Below, one piece after another: positions 41,641 through 58,978 of a stretch of DNA of 64,000 nucleotides. The first letter of the stretch is position 1. Each line of letters opens with the position of its first letter. The DNA is from Chrysomallon squamiferum. Lineage: Eukaryota > Animalia > Mollusca. The stretch covers positions 15,810,001-15,874,000 of the forward strand of contig CM022674.1 of NCBI GenBank assembly GCA_012295275.1, in the 5' to 3' direction. Position numbers and translations under genes: made by a program. Under the pieces are notes generated by a model, which saw only the letters and a list, made by a program, of their open reading frames with translations, searched no databases and was not told the DNA's origin.

Positions 41641-43251
41641 CTGAAATAACACTTGTTCATTTGAACACAAATATACCATGCAAACTATTCCTGCTTGATT
41701 TATCTACAGCATAACAAAATATAACCTAAAGGTACATGTATTAAAACGCAGTAAATATAGTGAAATAAAGATTTAAAATATGACAGATATAAATAAGGAA
41801 ATAAAAGTAAAAGTTAAAAAAAAAAAAAAAATTCCAATGAAATGATATATAAAACTATTAATTAATATTGTTATGATTTAGGAGATAAAAAGGCTTCATA
41901 TATTAAGATCAGTTAGCATTAACGTTCAGCTGTATTGCAGCACAGTTTTAAAAATCAATATGTGAAAATACTGAGGATATTTATAAATTTGTTTATTTAT
42001 TTACAAATTTCGTTATCGAACATTTCGCGGTGTGGTAATATTTAGACCCATGTTTCCGCTCAATCGCTTAATCAAATTTCTTAAAGATACAATTATTTCA
42101 ACTGGAATTGTTTTTCTTTGATATTCTTAGGCAACTAAAAGTTTGCTAATAAGTTTACTTCGTCTGTGATGTCAGAGACTCTATCACTGTTGTATGGGTT
42201 GTATGTAGACGACGTCCTGGAAATTTCTCTATGAAGTTGTTCCAGTGTGTTGACGTGCTTTCTCTGAGATGGAGGAAGAGTAACGGCCAACAGTTGGAAG
42301 ATATGCTCGGTGGACAAAAGTAAAGGAATTTTTGAATGAAAAAATGAATGAATAATCAAATATTATCAATAAATGCCACAAAAATCGATTAATATGAAAA
42401 ACCGACCGAAAAAAAAAAAAAGTGTGAACTGTAATCGAAACATACTAACTTAAAAAACAATAATAATAATAATTATGCAAATATTAAAAATAATTTATAC
42501 ACATTAACAAATATAATTAAAAGTAAAGAATAAAGAAAATCTAAAAACATTTTGGAGAGAAATTGTTCAACAATACAAAAGATTTGAAATAAATATCCAT
42601 CTATATAGCTCAGAAGTATAATGTATTAAAGAAAATCTTAATTATAGGTATCATATGGGCAAATATAAAAATAAACAACTTAAAAAAAAAAAAAAGAAAG
42701 AAATGTATGTAAATGAAATATTAAAATGACAATAAACCTACTGAAATAGATATTTAAAATGATAACCCATAAAATTATGTAAACAATACTGAACAGTACA
42801 TGTAAACTAACTATTTAAATACAGTAAGATCAGTATTAACAAAACACTCTAAGTATATTTTCAAATATTAGCAAAAGAAGATGGTATACCTGTATTAAAC
42901 ATGAAAATAATTAATATGTTCAGCTTACGTTTCAGAAGTGAAAGGCTGCATCAGAAAACTTCAGCAGAAGCTTCACCATTTTTGTCCGGTGATTCATAGA
43001 TGTAAATAACAATATAATCAAGATACGTTTCTGTAAATTGCTAATGAACAATAGTGCGTATGTAATGCAAAGCACAAAACAAAATACTTAACTATCCCAT
43101 AAAGCTGGTTAGTAAACTAGAAATATTTATATACAAAATAATCTATTTTCACTCGTTCAAGGTAAAAAAAAAACCAGGTTACTGACATAAAATATCAGTT
43201 GGTTTTCTGTTAAATATATATTACAAACAAATGTTTGTATGTGTATGCTTG

Positions 43252-45449
<2,198 letters not shown>

Positions 45450-45649
45450 NNNNNNNNNNNNNNNNNNNNNNNNNNNNNNNNNNNNNNNNNNNNNNNNNNN
45501 NNNNNNNNNNNNNNNNNNNNNNNNNNNNNNNNNNNNNNNNNNNNNNNNNNNNNNNNNNNNNNNNNNNNNNNNNNNNNNNNNNNNNNNNNNNNNNNNNNNN
45601 NNNNNNNNNNNNNNNNNNNNNNNNNNNNNNNNNNNNNNNNNNNNNNNNN
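45450..45649. other. Assembly gap (200 N)
   Basis: Run of N of round length, typical of a scaffold join. Confidence 0.99.
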
Positions 45650-45836
45650 CGCAGCGTACTTGACTGGACCCTGTCAATTCTTTTGAAGGATCTCCTGCAG
45701 GTTTCTTATCTTTGTACTGTGGTAACTTTCGAAAAGTCTTACGAGTACCAAGCTCGGAATTGGCTAAAGAAACAACGATTATCAGAATTGCTAAAACACA
45801 GAATATTATCTCGTGGATCTTTTTTATTATCTCCAT
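45650..45836 (-). CDS. N-terminus of a secreted protein, possibly a PAN/apple-like domain, cut by the gap
   Basis: MEIIKKIHEIIFCVLAILIIVVSLANS signal peptide, then TFRKLPQYKDKKPAGDPSKELTGSSQVRC, resembling the SxxxCxxxC start of PAN modules. Confidence 0.5.
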
Positions 45837-46523
45837 TTTATAAATGGTATCAATGTCGAAATTCAGATATCTGTATTCAGAAATAAATTAATTTACTTAT
45901 ATGAAGAGATTTCAATCGTTATTCCACAGAGCCAAATAAACTAGTAATTTCTTCTCCGAATGTTTCCAAGGCACTGTCACTACCAAACTGAACTTTTCAA
46001 ATATATTAAACGTTTGACACAAGCTTCTGTGTTCAGTTCTGTGTTAAATAAAACCTTTTCTAATAATTCCTGCAGCTTCTCTCGGTTCAGCTGAAACACA
46101 CAGAAGCCAAACAGAACGGTAATCAAATTCGGTGAACAAATATGTTATGCTACAGTGAATATGGATAATTTTATTAATAATGTAGTGATTATTGATATTT
46201 TTGTGTAAGTTATACTGATTCTTTCAATTCATCTGAAATAAATAGAAGGCGAACAGAATTGTTTATTCGTATAATAGTCATCAGGGAAATGATCATTTGA
46301 AATATGATTTGTTCTGTCTTGCTTCAGCGATTGATTTAGGGCGAAATGTTTGCTATCTTTCTTTTTTGTTGCTGTATCTTTGTTGGTTTTTGTTACTGAG
46401 GGGAGTGTGTTTCTATATGGTTGTTCTGTGTATTTGTTATTGAGTCATGTTGTTGCTTTTGTTGTTCGTACTGTTGTTTTATTCTATTAATATATATTTG
46501 TAAATGTATATCGTCTGGGACCT

Positions 46524-47055
46524 AGTAGGTTTAGAGGAAGCTAGTATGTACATCTTGTTAAATTTTAAGTAATAGTATAAGTAGTAATAGTATAGTAGGT
46601 TTAGATGTAGCTAGCTTGTATATCTTGTAAATGTTTTAGTAGTAGTAATTATAGTAATAGTATAGTAGTTTTAGAGGCAGCAAGTATATTTATTTTGTAA
46701 TTTTTTGGTAGTAGTAATTGTAGTAATAGTATAGTAGATTTTGGTATAGCTAGCATGTATATCTTTTTTAATTTTTTAGTAATAGTAATTATAGTAATAA
46801 TACAGTAGGTTTAGAGGAAGCTAGTATATACTTCTAGTTAATGTTTTAGTGGTTGTAATTACAGTAATAGTATAGTAAGTTTAGAGATAGATAGCATGTA
46901 TATCTTGTTAATTTTTTAGTAATAATAATTGTAGTAACAGTATAGTAGATTTAGAGGAAGCTAGTATGTACATTTAGTTAATTCTTTAGTGGTTGTAATT
47001 ATAGTAATAGTAGAGTAGGTTTAGAGGTAGCTAGTACGTACATCTTGTTAATTTT
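46524..47055. repeat. Minisatellite, unit about 61-63 bp, about 9 copies
   Basis: Recurring TAGTAGGTTTAGAGGAAGCTAGTATGTACATCTTGTTAA...GTAATAGTA. Confidence 0.9.
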
Positions 47056-47092
47056 GTTCTAATGTCACTAAACAAAATTCAAGTCAAATCAC

Positions 47093-49292
47093 CTTTTCAT
47101 ATTGCTGGTTGTGAAAATAATTCCATTCCATGGGATAAAAGTTATATCACCCAGAAATGTTCTCGGATTGACTGGGATTTGAACGAGATCTTCACCCCAC
47201 ACATTCTCCCATATCAACAGCAACTGATCGTTATTTGTTCAAATTAGTCAGTGATCTGATGATAATAATTACAAAATAAATAAATAAATAAATAAACGAA
47301 GAAACAAACAAACAAACAAATAAATAAATAAATAGATAAATAAATAAATAAATAAGTACATTCGAGATACACTGACTTTTAACAGGATTAATTATGTATT
47401 TTTATTTTTTATTTTTGTTTAAATCTTATTATTTTTATTTTTTTCAATTTGTTTTATTGTTTTGTTTATGACCTCCATCTCCTGTTCTGGTCGTATCGTT
47501 ATTCTCTCTTTCATTCAATACTTTCTCTTCCTATCTCTCTCTCTATCTCACAAAGGTGTTTCATCATCTCTTCGTATTTAGTATCAGTAATTATTTATTT
47601 ATTTAGGTGGTTAGGTAGTTAGAAACATAGATAGATGTCCTGCTGTTGGCTCGTAAATTTGAATGAATTGTAAAAGTCAAAAGAGAAGGAAAATGGGTAC
47701 ATTTCGCATCGAAGGAGATATGATATATCTCTGCAAAGCCAGAAATTGTCTGCGTTGTTTTGTTATCATAGTCAGTATGTATAATTCCTTCAGAAGGAAT
47801 CTCAGGAAAGATAAACCTATCACAGAGAGAAAACAAATAATATAAATAAATATGACAAACACAATCAACTAATTTTAGTAACTCATTTTTATATCAACAT
47901 TCGCTTTAGTGCCTGACATAGGCTTAATTCAAACACAAATAAAGTGTCATATTAGGATCAGAGATTTCCAGGAATGAAAACTAAGAAAGAGGAGACTACC
48001 TGTGAACAAAATGAAGAAGAAGAACACCACCACCACCAACAACAACAGTAATAAGAACAACAACAGCAGCAGCAACAACAATCGCTACTGCTCATAACAT
48101 AATACCGTTATTACTACTATAACTACAGCGAATTAACCAAATACTACTGTTTCTACTACAACTGCTACTACTATTACAGTTACTAATTCTGAAACCACCA
48201 CAACTATAACTAGAATACTTACTACCACTACTTTTACTACTGCTTTTTCTGCTACTGCTACTCTATTACTACTACTACTACGGCTACTACTACTGTTTCA
48301 ACTACATCTTTTCTGGGTCAACGTACAAATGTCTCAAATTGGCTCCAGTTTCTGTTAGAACTTTCCTCTGTTTGCCACTTTGAAGGTCAATGAACTCTAT
48401 ATTGTTGCCACCGGAATAATAGAGTCTACGGTTTTTGCTATCCAGTGCTGTATCAAAAATCTGCGGAACGTCTGAAATTAAGTAACGAAAATAGAAATCT
48501 GATATTTTTAAACTAGAAATTACTGAGAAATATAATACAGGATTGTTTTTCAAAAAAGATCTTAAACACAAATATTATTAAAAACAGAAAGCCATAGACA
48601 CAAAAGTGTTAAAATGTTTAAAATAAAAAAGGTACTGGTTATTAATATTTTTGATAGTGTAGGATGATCAATGTGGGTCTTTAACATAAAGTATTAATAT
48701 TTTTTAAAAAGGCTTCGTAAAAAAATGATACAGATAAAAACACAGATAAATAAATGCAAATAACTGAAACTACTTTGTGTTACTTGTAAGTACATATTAG
48801 ACACTACATTTACTTGTACAGTTAAAATATTCATGATATGTATTCGGCCACAATTGCTTAATTATTTCCCACTTGGTATAGTGCTGTATAATTTTAAAAA
48901 TAAAACAACTAAAGCAAAGTTATGGAGTATATAAAACTAAAAATAGCCAAGCGATATGATTTATTTTATTTAAACTCGATTGTGATTGTGTTACAGATTT
49001 AAAGACAAATTTAATATAATTTACCCGATTTATATATATATATATTTTTAATACACATAATATTTGTTATTATTGGTGTTATTATTTGTATTATCATCAT
49101 TATTATTTGTCAGTATTCTTCTACTAATAATTGTTAACTCATTAAGAACGAGAACTTTGCTATTTCACCAAATATGACTGTGAGACTTACCTCCCTTATA
49201 CGATGTTGAAGCCCTTAAACGCAGTTGTTTGATAGAAAAGAACCACAAAGTTTCAGATATCGAAACCGCCTGCTTGAAGGTGTTCCCCATTG
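47093..49292 (-). pseudogene. LDL-receptor class B (YWTD) beta-propeller gene fragment (exons 48471-48306, 47816-47701, 47255-47093; possibly also 49292-49191)
   Basis: TALDSKNRRLYYSGGNNIEFIDLQSGKQRKVL...LYVDPEKM|FIFPE...HISFDAK|YH*LI*TNND. Phases are compatible. Two in-frame stops fall where R and W are expected. Confidence 0.7.
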
Positions 49293-50480
49293 CTGATAAA
49301 TGAAATCATTATTAATCAATTATAATTTTTTTTTTTTAATGATTTTATTGACAATACTGTCCTATACAGATCAGGTAATGTAATTATTATTATTATTATA
49401 TTTATTATTACTATTATTATTAGTAGTAGTAGTACTATTATTATGCACTGGCACAGAAGAAATCGCTCAGTATTTAAGGGCAACTAGAAGTTGTTTATAA
49501 TGAATATATCATCAAACTTATTATTCATTATATGTAAATATGTGTGTGTGTGTGTGTGTGTGTTTGTGCGTGTGTGTGTGTGTAAGCTTAAGAAAGAAAG
49601 GGCAAAGAAAAAACGGAGCACCATAAACCCCTTAGCTATCAGTATCGGTACGGTATATCGCCACAGTATATCGCTATAGTATATTGCTAAAGGAGATATA
49701 AATACTCTCGTGTTAGGTTGATATGGGAGAATAGGTTTTAAGTCCATGTAACGATAAACAATATAATTGTGACACATTCAGTTTTCTGCAACGTTTAATA
49801 ACTAAGACTACAATTCTATGCTTATGGTAAGTACCCGTATGTACTTCTGTATTTAATCTCTGAACTACGTCAGATGTTCTCTGTCCTTACAAATATCACT
49901 AGCAGCACAAGAACAAATCGTAAAAAAAATATTAAAATATTCAGTAAAATATCTGTTGATATGGCCATGATTGAAATTGCAAGATTACATCAATTTATAA
50001 CTTAGCTTTTATCGGTTAATATTTATTTATTTAAGTGCTTACGTATATACATACTTACTTACTCACTTACTTATTTACTTACTTATTTATTTACTTATTT
50101 ATTTATTTATTTGTTAGATACTTAGTTTGTTTCTTTGTTATTTATAATTATTGTTAATATTATTATTATTATTATTTCCTTTTTCTCTTGTTTCAGAAAG
50201 TAGCAAAATTATTTTATACTTATTATTTTTTAAATATCCATTGTCTATTTTACATTTATAATGCTATTTTCGGGGATTGAAACATGTACAAGAAAGAGGT
50301 AGAATGCTTGGCAGCTAGAATTTTACAAATAGTACACAAACTTACCAAAGTTTTGATAATTCAGTATTAAATGTATTTTAAAAAATAGAAAACCTGTCAA
50401 TGTTACATTTAATGACGAAAATACCACAACTGGTGAAGATTTAAGAGAAATCACTGATTCACTGTTATATTTTATTTCAG

Positions 50481-50739
50481 AAGTATATCTCACTTTGATA
50501 CATTTGATGATACTGACGTCTTCGAAACGAGTGGGTGGTATTACCAAGATGATCTTCCAGAACAGGAACAATTTGACAGGAAAGTAAAAGAAGATGCAAT
50601 AGAAGATTTAGAAGAGAAACCACTTGATTTGAAAGTAAAACTAGATCTAAAACAGGTATCAAGGCAAAAACAACTTGATGTCAAAGTGAAAACTATTCCG
50701 TCTCAAAAACAGCAGAAACATCTAAATAGTATCCTTTGA
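50481..50739 (+). pseudogene. Orphan exon fragment (acidic then Lys-rich, PLDL motif) fused to the start of duplication copy B
   Basis: TTTCAG acceptor and an open frame of about 85 codons: SISHFDTFDDTDVFETSGWYYQDDLPEQEQFDRKVKEDAIEDLEEKPLDLKVK... It ends only after crossing the duplication junction. Confidence 0.45.
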
Positions 50740-53700
50740 CTGCTCGTTTATGCATTGTGAAATAGTCGTATCAAGATATAATCCTGCAACGTGCACAGTT
50801 GGTTTAAGTTTGCTGTCCGGTTACAAAATACTTGTATTATTTGTTTAGTCTGCGACAAACAGTTCATAAAATTTATTTTTATTTATTTATTTATTTATTT
50901 ATTAATTTATTTTGTTATTTATTTTTTGTCTCTGTGTCTGTTTATGAATTGTCAAAGAGTTACATTTAGAATAATTCTACAGAGTATGCATCTGGATTCA
51001 GTTACCTTTCCGATTATAAGATTAAGATTAGTCATTCAGAATACTATGTGTATAAAGACAGGGATCAGGATAAACATTGAGTTAATTGTGTCTGACAGAG
51101 GCAAAATTATTTGTTCAGATTTTTAATAAGTAATATGAATCTTTCCTTATTTTTAAATTGATGTACTTTTTATAACTACAGTTGTTTAATGTAGGTATAA
51201 TGTTTATTACAATATAAACTGCATCACACATACTCGATTTGAGCATTCAGCAAACAAAATTTGGCGACCTAATTACGTGCAAATCAAGCGATTAAATTTG
51301 TCAGGAACAGTACATGATACTGGGAATGCATAATAAGGAGACTTGTATTTAAATAAAGTGTGATCATCAATGAACGGAATTAATAACGTGAACTGAGAGA
51401 GAAAACATTACAAAAATTCACTTTATTGTAGAAAAAAAAAAGATAATATTAAAAAATTAAATAATTTAAAAAATGTGAAAAAATATACTAAAGAAAAAAG
51501 TGAAAGAAAAACCATGTATGCGGACAGACATCAAATTCTACTGAAGAAGAAGAAGAAGAAGAAGAAGAAGAAGAAGAAGAAGAAGAAGAAGATAACGTTC
51601 AACAATCTAACTGTACCAAATAATACAATTCATCTGATTACCTTTATTATTTTTCTCTTTATTTTTTTTGTATACTATATTATTGTTCTTCTTCTTGTGT
51701 TTTGTGTGTTTTTTTTTTCGTTATTATGGTTATTGAACATGTGGTATTATTTATCTTGAATGTTGTTGCACGTAAATGTTTTCGTACTTTCCTATTTATT
51801 TATATACTAACGCGCAGACCTCGTATAAACTGCATTTTTCAAATCGTCGTATATAACAATCGGCTATACCTCTGTGTTTCTCGTGCAGCTCTGACACACT
51901 GATTCTATCTAACCTACATAACAAACAAACATACATTTGCTATACTGGGTATCCGAGTATGATTTGAGTACGATTACATGTACAGGGATATATTTGGAAA
52001 ACGAAAACAGCTTTACAAAATTATCTTTACATATGCTTTAACGATCTGCAACATAAAATAATAATTAAAAACAAACAAAAACAACAAATAAAGAAACAAT
52101 AACTGCACAATAATTAACATTAACCTACAAAAGTCGTATAGAATCATCGAAACCGCAACGTACGAAACCGACTATTTTCCTCCGTAAAATGTAATAAAAT
52201 ATTTAAATTTCGCATCAATCCGTGTTTAACAAGTATACACCATTATTATTTGTTTAGCACGGACGAACAACACATACAGCTTGACGTATTTAATGTATGT
52301 CTATTTTCACTACTGTTAACTATTTTCCCCGCGAAATATAATAAAATATTTAAAGTTGTCGTCAGTCCGTGTTTAGCACTGAGAAACAGTCGTTATATTT
52401 TAACATATTTAACATCAGAGTGTCCACCCTTTTGTTAAGTGTCAACAATCATCTAGTATCCTTTGTCTGTACGCTCGTTTATGAACTGTGAAATAGTCGT
52501 ACCATGATATAATCCTACAATGTGCAAAGTTGGGTTAAGTCCGGTTACAAAATACTTGTATTATTTGTAATACATATTATATTTGTGTGTGTGCCTGTTT
52601 ATGAATTGTCAAACATTTACATCTAGAATAATTATACAGTGTATAAATCTGGATTCAGTTAGGTTTCCGATTATAAGATTAAGCTAAGTCAGTCAGAATG
52701 TTATGTATACAAAAACAGGAATCAGGATAAACATTAAGTTAATTGTGTCTGACAGAGGCAGAATGATTTGTCCAGTTTTTAAATATGTAATATGAATGTT
52801 TCCTTATTTTTAAATTGATGTACTTTTTATAACTACAGGGGTTTAATGTGTATAATGTTTTAGCATTCAATAAACAAAATTATGCTACCTAATTAGGTTC
52901 AAATCAAGGGATTAAATGTCTCAGGAATTCTACATGATACTGGGAATGCAGAATAAGGAGACTTGTGTTTAAATAAAGTGTGATCATCAATGAACGGAAT
53001 TAATAGCGTGAACTGAGAGAGAAAACATTACAAAAATTCACTTTAATGTAGAAAAATAAAAAGATAATATTATTATATTTAAATAATCTAAAAATAAAGA
53101 AAAAAATATATTAAAGAAAAAAGTAAAAGAAAAAAAAATGTTCTGGAGCAATCTATATGCGGATAGATATCAAATCCTAATCGCAGAATGTCGACACAAT
53201 TTTTATTTAAACTGAGTCAGTGACTGAGAGAAAATACAAGTGAAACAAGATGATAATCATAACGAATTAACCCATAACGAGAATCGAGTGATAAGTTTAG
53301 ATATATCAGATTTTTGTAATTATTGATTTATGCATTTATTTAGTTATTGTAATGTATTCACTCAGTTAATTTAAGTCTGCGTGTTGTATGTATGCCAGAG
53401 CAGTTTTTATGTGAACGATCTTTAAAAATTGACGAATTATGAAATCATAATGTTTCAGTTTAAATAATATCATTAATTTCATTATTTTGATTTTTCCTTA
53501 AAAATCGTGTTTTCAGTTATTATGTTACTGGTTGATGACAACACTTCCCGGTACACAAGTAAGATCGATGTTCGGCTTAATGGACGATATTACGTGTTAA
53601 TATTGTTCACCTCTTCCGTTCTGTGTATAGGCGAGAAAACCAAATATTAAAATGACTCATTAGCTATATTTTATTATCATAAGTTTAATAATTTAGTTTA

Positions 53701-54420
53701 ATAATTACTATAATAATTCCTATAAACATTAGTCACATTCACATATTATTATTAATACGTGCATACATGCATATTTAAACGGATACATATATACATATGT
53801 ACAAACATGTATATATACACACATACGCATCAGTATCCAAATTTTGTTAAAAACACATTGATATAAAAAATAATGATAGTAACAAAAAAAATAGCCTTAT
53901 CACTACTTTCTATTCTGATTACTGATTGGCTAAAGTAAAATACTGAGAAAATGTCATGTTTTTGAAGCAGAGAACTTAGATGTAAATAGGTCTCCAGCTG
54001 TGCAAGAAATTAAATACATTTAACAAAATATTGAAATCATAGCAGTGTTTATTAAAATTAAAATGAAATATTAGTTTGTATAGGTAGGACATATTAAAGG
54101 TTACAAATTATTATGCATTCATTTTATTTAATTTGATATAGTTGTCTTGTTATGCAAGATCACAACTTATCTAGAGATAATTATAATGCTTTTTTTTTTC
54201 TTTTTTTTTCAAAATATAATGGTACACTGGTTTTAGTTTTGTGATGAAACTAGCATGACCAGTATATAAAACTATCTCTGCTTGTTTGAAATGTAGGCCA
54301 GATAAATTAGTGTGTCATTGATACACAAGATAAACAAAAATATACTCGGTTAATATTTACGAGGATCAAATTTATTACTGTAGCTAAGAGGAAAACCAAC
54401 AGTTATATGTGACTCTCTCT

Positions 54421-54472
<52 letters not shown>

Positions 54473-56445
54473 TTGTGTTGGTATGTGTATGATATGTAAA
54501 TCTCTGATTGTGTGTATGCATATCAAAATGTTTGACTGTACCTATGGAGAAAAAGATACATACTTTAAATATATTTTGACTACTACCGAACTGTTTTATT
54601 TCATTTTGTCTTATCCACTATAAGGACAATTCCACGGTATCAGAATTCAGAAGGTTTAATCTAAAAAAATACCAGAGATATATGTGGCTTGATGGGTAGC
54701 AGGAAATATGTGTATGTAACTCCAAACGGACGTGAGAAACAAAATAACCTTATTTCCAAATTGTCTACAATTTTTGATATGGTCAAATAAACATTTACCA
54801 TTTGCTTAAAAAGGAAAGCATGAATTGTTTAATAGTTAATGTATGTTGATAACAGCTTCGGAATGTGACTGTGTTGATAAATCACCAATAACATGATTGT
54901 TCGATAGTTACAAACTAATTATTTGTCTGTGTACAATATTCAAGACAATAAAGATGTTTATTCGCTGAATAATTTTTTAGAATTTATTACTGAATCAGTA
55001 TAGAAATTCAGAACAGAATATCTGTAATTAAATATACGGACATACGAACCGTTGTTCACAGCATCAGATGCACACAAACAGAACCACACAAACACTCGCG
55101 CCCGTGCAATCACATTTAGACACATTCATGGAGGTATATACGTATCTCAAATATATATAATGACAAACGATTTGGAATAAATAAATACAGATCGATAGAT
55201 AAATCAAGATGAATAGAAAGACAGGTAGACAGACTATACAAATAAAGGTTTTATTCACTGTTATTGATAACAATACTTTCTTACCTCATCTGCCATACGT
55301 TCCATTCCAGCTACTAAGAACAAACATGCGTACGATTACAAAATAAACTTCGTCAGTCAACTAGTCATGTATATAAGGCTAGGAACGAGGATCTGAATTA
55401 AAGTAGTTGTGTTTGTTGGAGACGGACTGATGTAGTCAGCTTTTATATTAAGAAATGTATTTCTTACCATATGTATGGATTTATTACTAAAGTCATTTCA
55501 GGTATGTCATATTATTTGTGTGTATATAGTTATAAAGAAAGAAATAATCGATAGTTATAATAACAATTAAAATTGTAAATCAGTGAGGTGTGGAATAATG
55601 AGGATCGTGAATTGAAAAATGGATAAGTCTGCAAGGACAAAAGATTCACAGTAGAAAGCATGTATGTTAGATGACATTGGTATAACAGGCTCAGTAATAT
55701 TCGCCCTCGAATGTTGACATTTTGGTGCAAATGGGCATAACTGCCACTATTTTTTATTGATACTTTGCTAATAAGTAGGTACATTTTTATGAAAATATTT
55801 TATTGGAAAGATAATTTGGTAAGGATTCCAAATGAGCCCATAACAGGTAGCAAATACATTTTGGAACATTTTTACCTTTTGCTCTACCTTGAAATGACTT
55901 TAATTGAAAATTAAGGTTCAAAGTGTTTTTTCAACCCAAGATGTAATATTTGGAGTTTAATAGTGATATTCAATTAAAATAGACATGCTGACCACACAAT
56001 GTCCATTTTCACACTTTTAGAGATTAAATAATACAGAAATGCACTAGGCTGTAATACTTTTAAAAACTAAGATTATGAAATTACAGATTTTTATTATTTC
56101 TTTTTTTTTTGTTGTTGTTGGCGGTATATATATATATATATGTATATATAGTGTGTACTAAATTTGTTGTTATTCTTATGTTGATAGGGTATAATGTGCA
56201 GTTAACCTGTGTCAGTAACGTTTATTATATCTAAAATTTTAATGTTTTATTGTGTTCTCCGTGCAGATTGTTATTTTGTCTTTGTTCACAATATTACCTT
56301 ATTCATATCATTAATCAAAATTACTTAAGCATATGCTTTCTGATTGTATAATATGTACACATCAAGTCACCTGTATATCATATTTAAATAATTAACGTGA
56401 AAATTAACTTGCGTTGTGTTTATTTCTCTAGTGGTTAGATATACT

Positions 56446-56688
56446 TATTGATTTATATAAATTGCTGTCAATTTAGCGTTTATATTCCTTGTTAAATCAC
56501 CTTGTTGCCTCAGACTGAGCCTTAATAAAACATCCAAGGTGTTTAAAGGTGTGAACCTTGTCTCAACAAGCATGCATATATATTTACAGATATATATATA
56601 TATATATATTAAGGCTCAGTCTGAGGCAACAAGGTGATTTAACAAGGAATATAAACGCTAAATTGAGAGCAATATATATAAATCAATA
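56446..56688. repeat. Foldback: near-perfect inverted repeats of about 80 bp around a spacer of about 80 bp (MITE-like or local inverted duplication)
   Basis: 56446-56526 is the reverse complement of 56607-56688 with about two mismatches. Confidence 0.9.
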
Positions 56689-57973
56689 GATATATATGCA
56701 TAAGCATGCATATTTACTTTCTTTCATACACACATACTTAACACAGATAAATATACATACATTAATACGAATAAAACATAAACACAAGCATGAACGACAA
56801 AACATAAATTTGCTAATTTGAATTTATTTTGAATTTTAAATATTCAGTGTGATGTGTTGGATGACTGTGTTGATATTTAGTGACTAACACGTTTTAGTGT
56901 TTCACTTCCGGGTCTTGCGCTGTTTTTGTATGTGATTAAAAATTCGGCTTTATCAATTTTTTTTATTTATTTATTTAAAGTTAAGACCTCTTTACGTTTC
57001 CAGTTTAAAACTGATCCCAACTGAGTCATTGAAAAGTGTGATTTTAGAGTGAACTGTTTGTTTCCACCTACTACTGATTAAATTGAGATATTTTAGAGTA
57101 AAAATGCTTTGTTAAAATGCTTTATATTTTGTGTTCATTCAAGGAGTAATAAAGCTAAACTTAAATATTAGACACATTAATAACGTTTAAATAATGTACT
57201 GATAAAGCTGAATTGTCTGGTCCTGTTAATCATAATAATTGTCAATTATGCATAATATTTATTCTCAAAAATCAAATAAAAATAAAACGAAAAAAAACCC
57301 AGAAAAACGACTGTTAATTCTATCAAATAAAAAATAATGTCACTACTTTCTATTCTGATTATATATTAAAGTAGAAAATATTTAATTTAAAAAGAAAATG
57401 AATTATTCCTTCAGACAAATTATACTGTGTGTTCATTCAAACACTAATAAAGAGAAACTTAAAATTAGAAAGCTGAATTATAATTATTTAGCTTTATCAC
57501 TATTTTCTATTCTGACTTTTTATTTGCTAAATTAAAATGCTGAGAAGAAGAAAAACATATTTATTTTGAGCACAGAACTTGGAGGTAAAGAGGTATGCAG
57601 TGGTGGAAAAATTAAATATTTTTGGAAAATTGAAAAAACGAATCAGTGTAAATTATTATTTCCTTAATTATATATTAACCATGGCTGTGTCAGTTCATAT
57701 CGAAACCTTTCAGTATTTCATTATTATTATTATTATTTTTATTATTATTATTCTGTTTTCATTAAAATAACTATAATTAAAATCCTTGATAATGACACAA
57801 ACGTTTGATGTTGGTATCTACAACAACGCCAAAGATATGACGGTATCTGTATTATACTTTAATAAATATCTTCGTAAATGAAAATTATCATATTTCTCTA
57901 TATACTGTTTTTTTTCTGAATAATTTGCACTGTCATAATTGACTGATCATATATAAACCTGTTATTATTTCAG

Positions 57974-58978
57974 AACCAGTACGGTTAGTTGATGGAAGAG
58001 GAATACCAACACAAGGTCGAGTTGAGATTCAAGTAAACGGGACGTGGGGAACAATCTGTGATGATGGTTTTGATGAGAAAGATGCTTCTGTTTTATGTCA
58101 CATGTTAGGATTTTGTCGGTAATTTGTTTATTATGCTTTTATTTATTTATTTTCGTGATTTAATGAAATAAAATAAATAACTCATTTATAGACGTAGTAG
58201 ATTCAAATTTGTTCACAACCACAACATAATTAATTGTTCTTCAAGTACATTACACGCGGAATTCCTCTCGATGCGATTTTTAAAATTTCAAATATTTTTG
58301 TTAGAAATAATAATAATTGCAGTAGTTGTAGTATTAGTATTAGTATTATTATTAGTAGTAGTAGTAGTAAATGTAAATAATGATGTTGATTATATTTACA
58401 CTATATTAATGGTATTATTGTATCAAACATTGTCCATTAAAATTGTTTCGAAACAATTTAGAAAAAAAGTATATTCTTCCGAAAACCTTAGAACTAAATG
58501 CCCGTCTGTTGAACACGTTTCCAAAGAATGTTCCATAATTGAAATAAAATTAATAAGTATTCTACAGACGTAGTAGATCCAAATTTACTCACAAACACAA
58601 GATAATTAAGTGTTGTTCAACTGCATTACATGCGAAATTCTTCTCTATGGTATTTTTAATATTTCAAATATGTTTGTAAGAAATAATGATAAATGTAGTA
58701 ACTGACTTCTCAAAACTTTGAGACTAAAATGAGATCTGTTGAAGATGTTTAGGAAACCTTGTTGTATAACACTCATTTCACTATACATATTATTCATTTC
58801 TCTTGCAGCTTTAATGCAACATCATATCAAAGTGCTCACTTTGGAGAGGGAACTGGACAAATATGGCTTGATGATCTGAGATGTGATGGAGATGAAGACA
58901 GTGTTGAAAAGTGTTCATTTCCTGGCTGGGGAAAACACAACTGTGGTCACACAGAGGATGCTGGTATCAGCTGTCAAT
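57974..58978 (+). CDS. SRCR domain 1, intact in copy B (exons 57974-58118 and 58809-58978)
   Basis: [47 protein letters not shown] / ...[45 protein letters not shown]. Confidence 0.93.
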
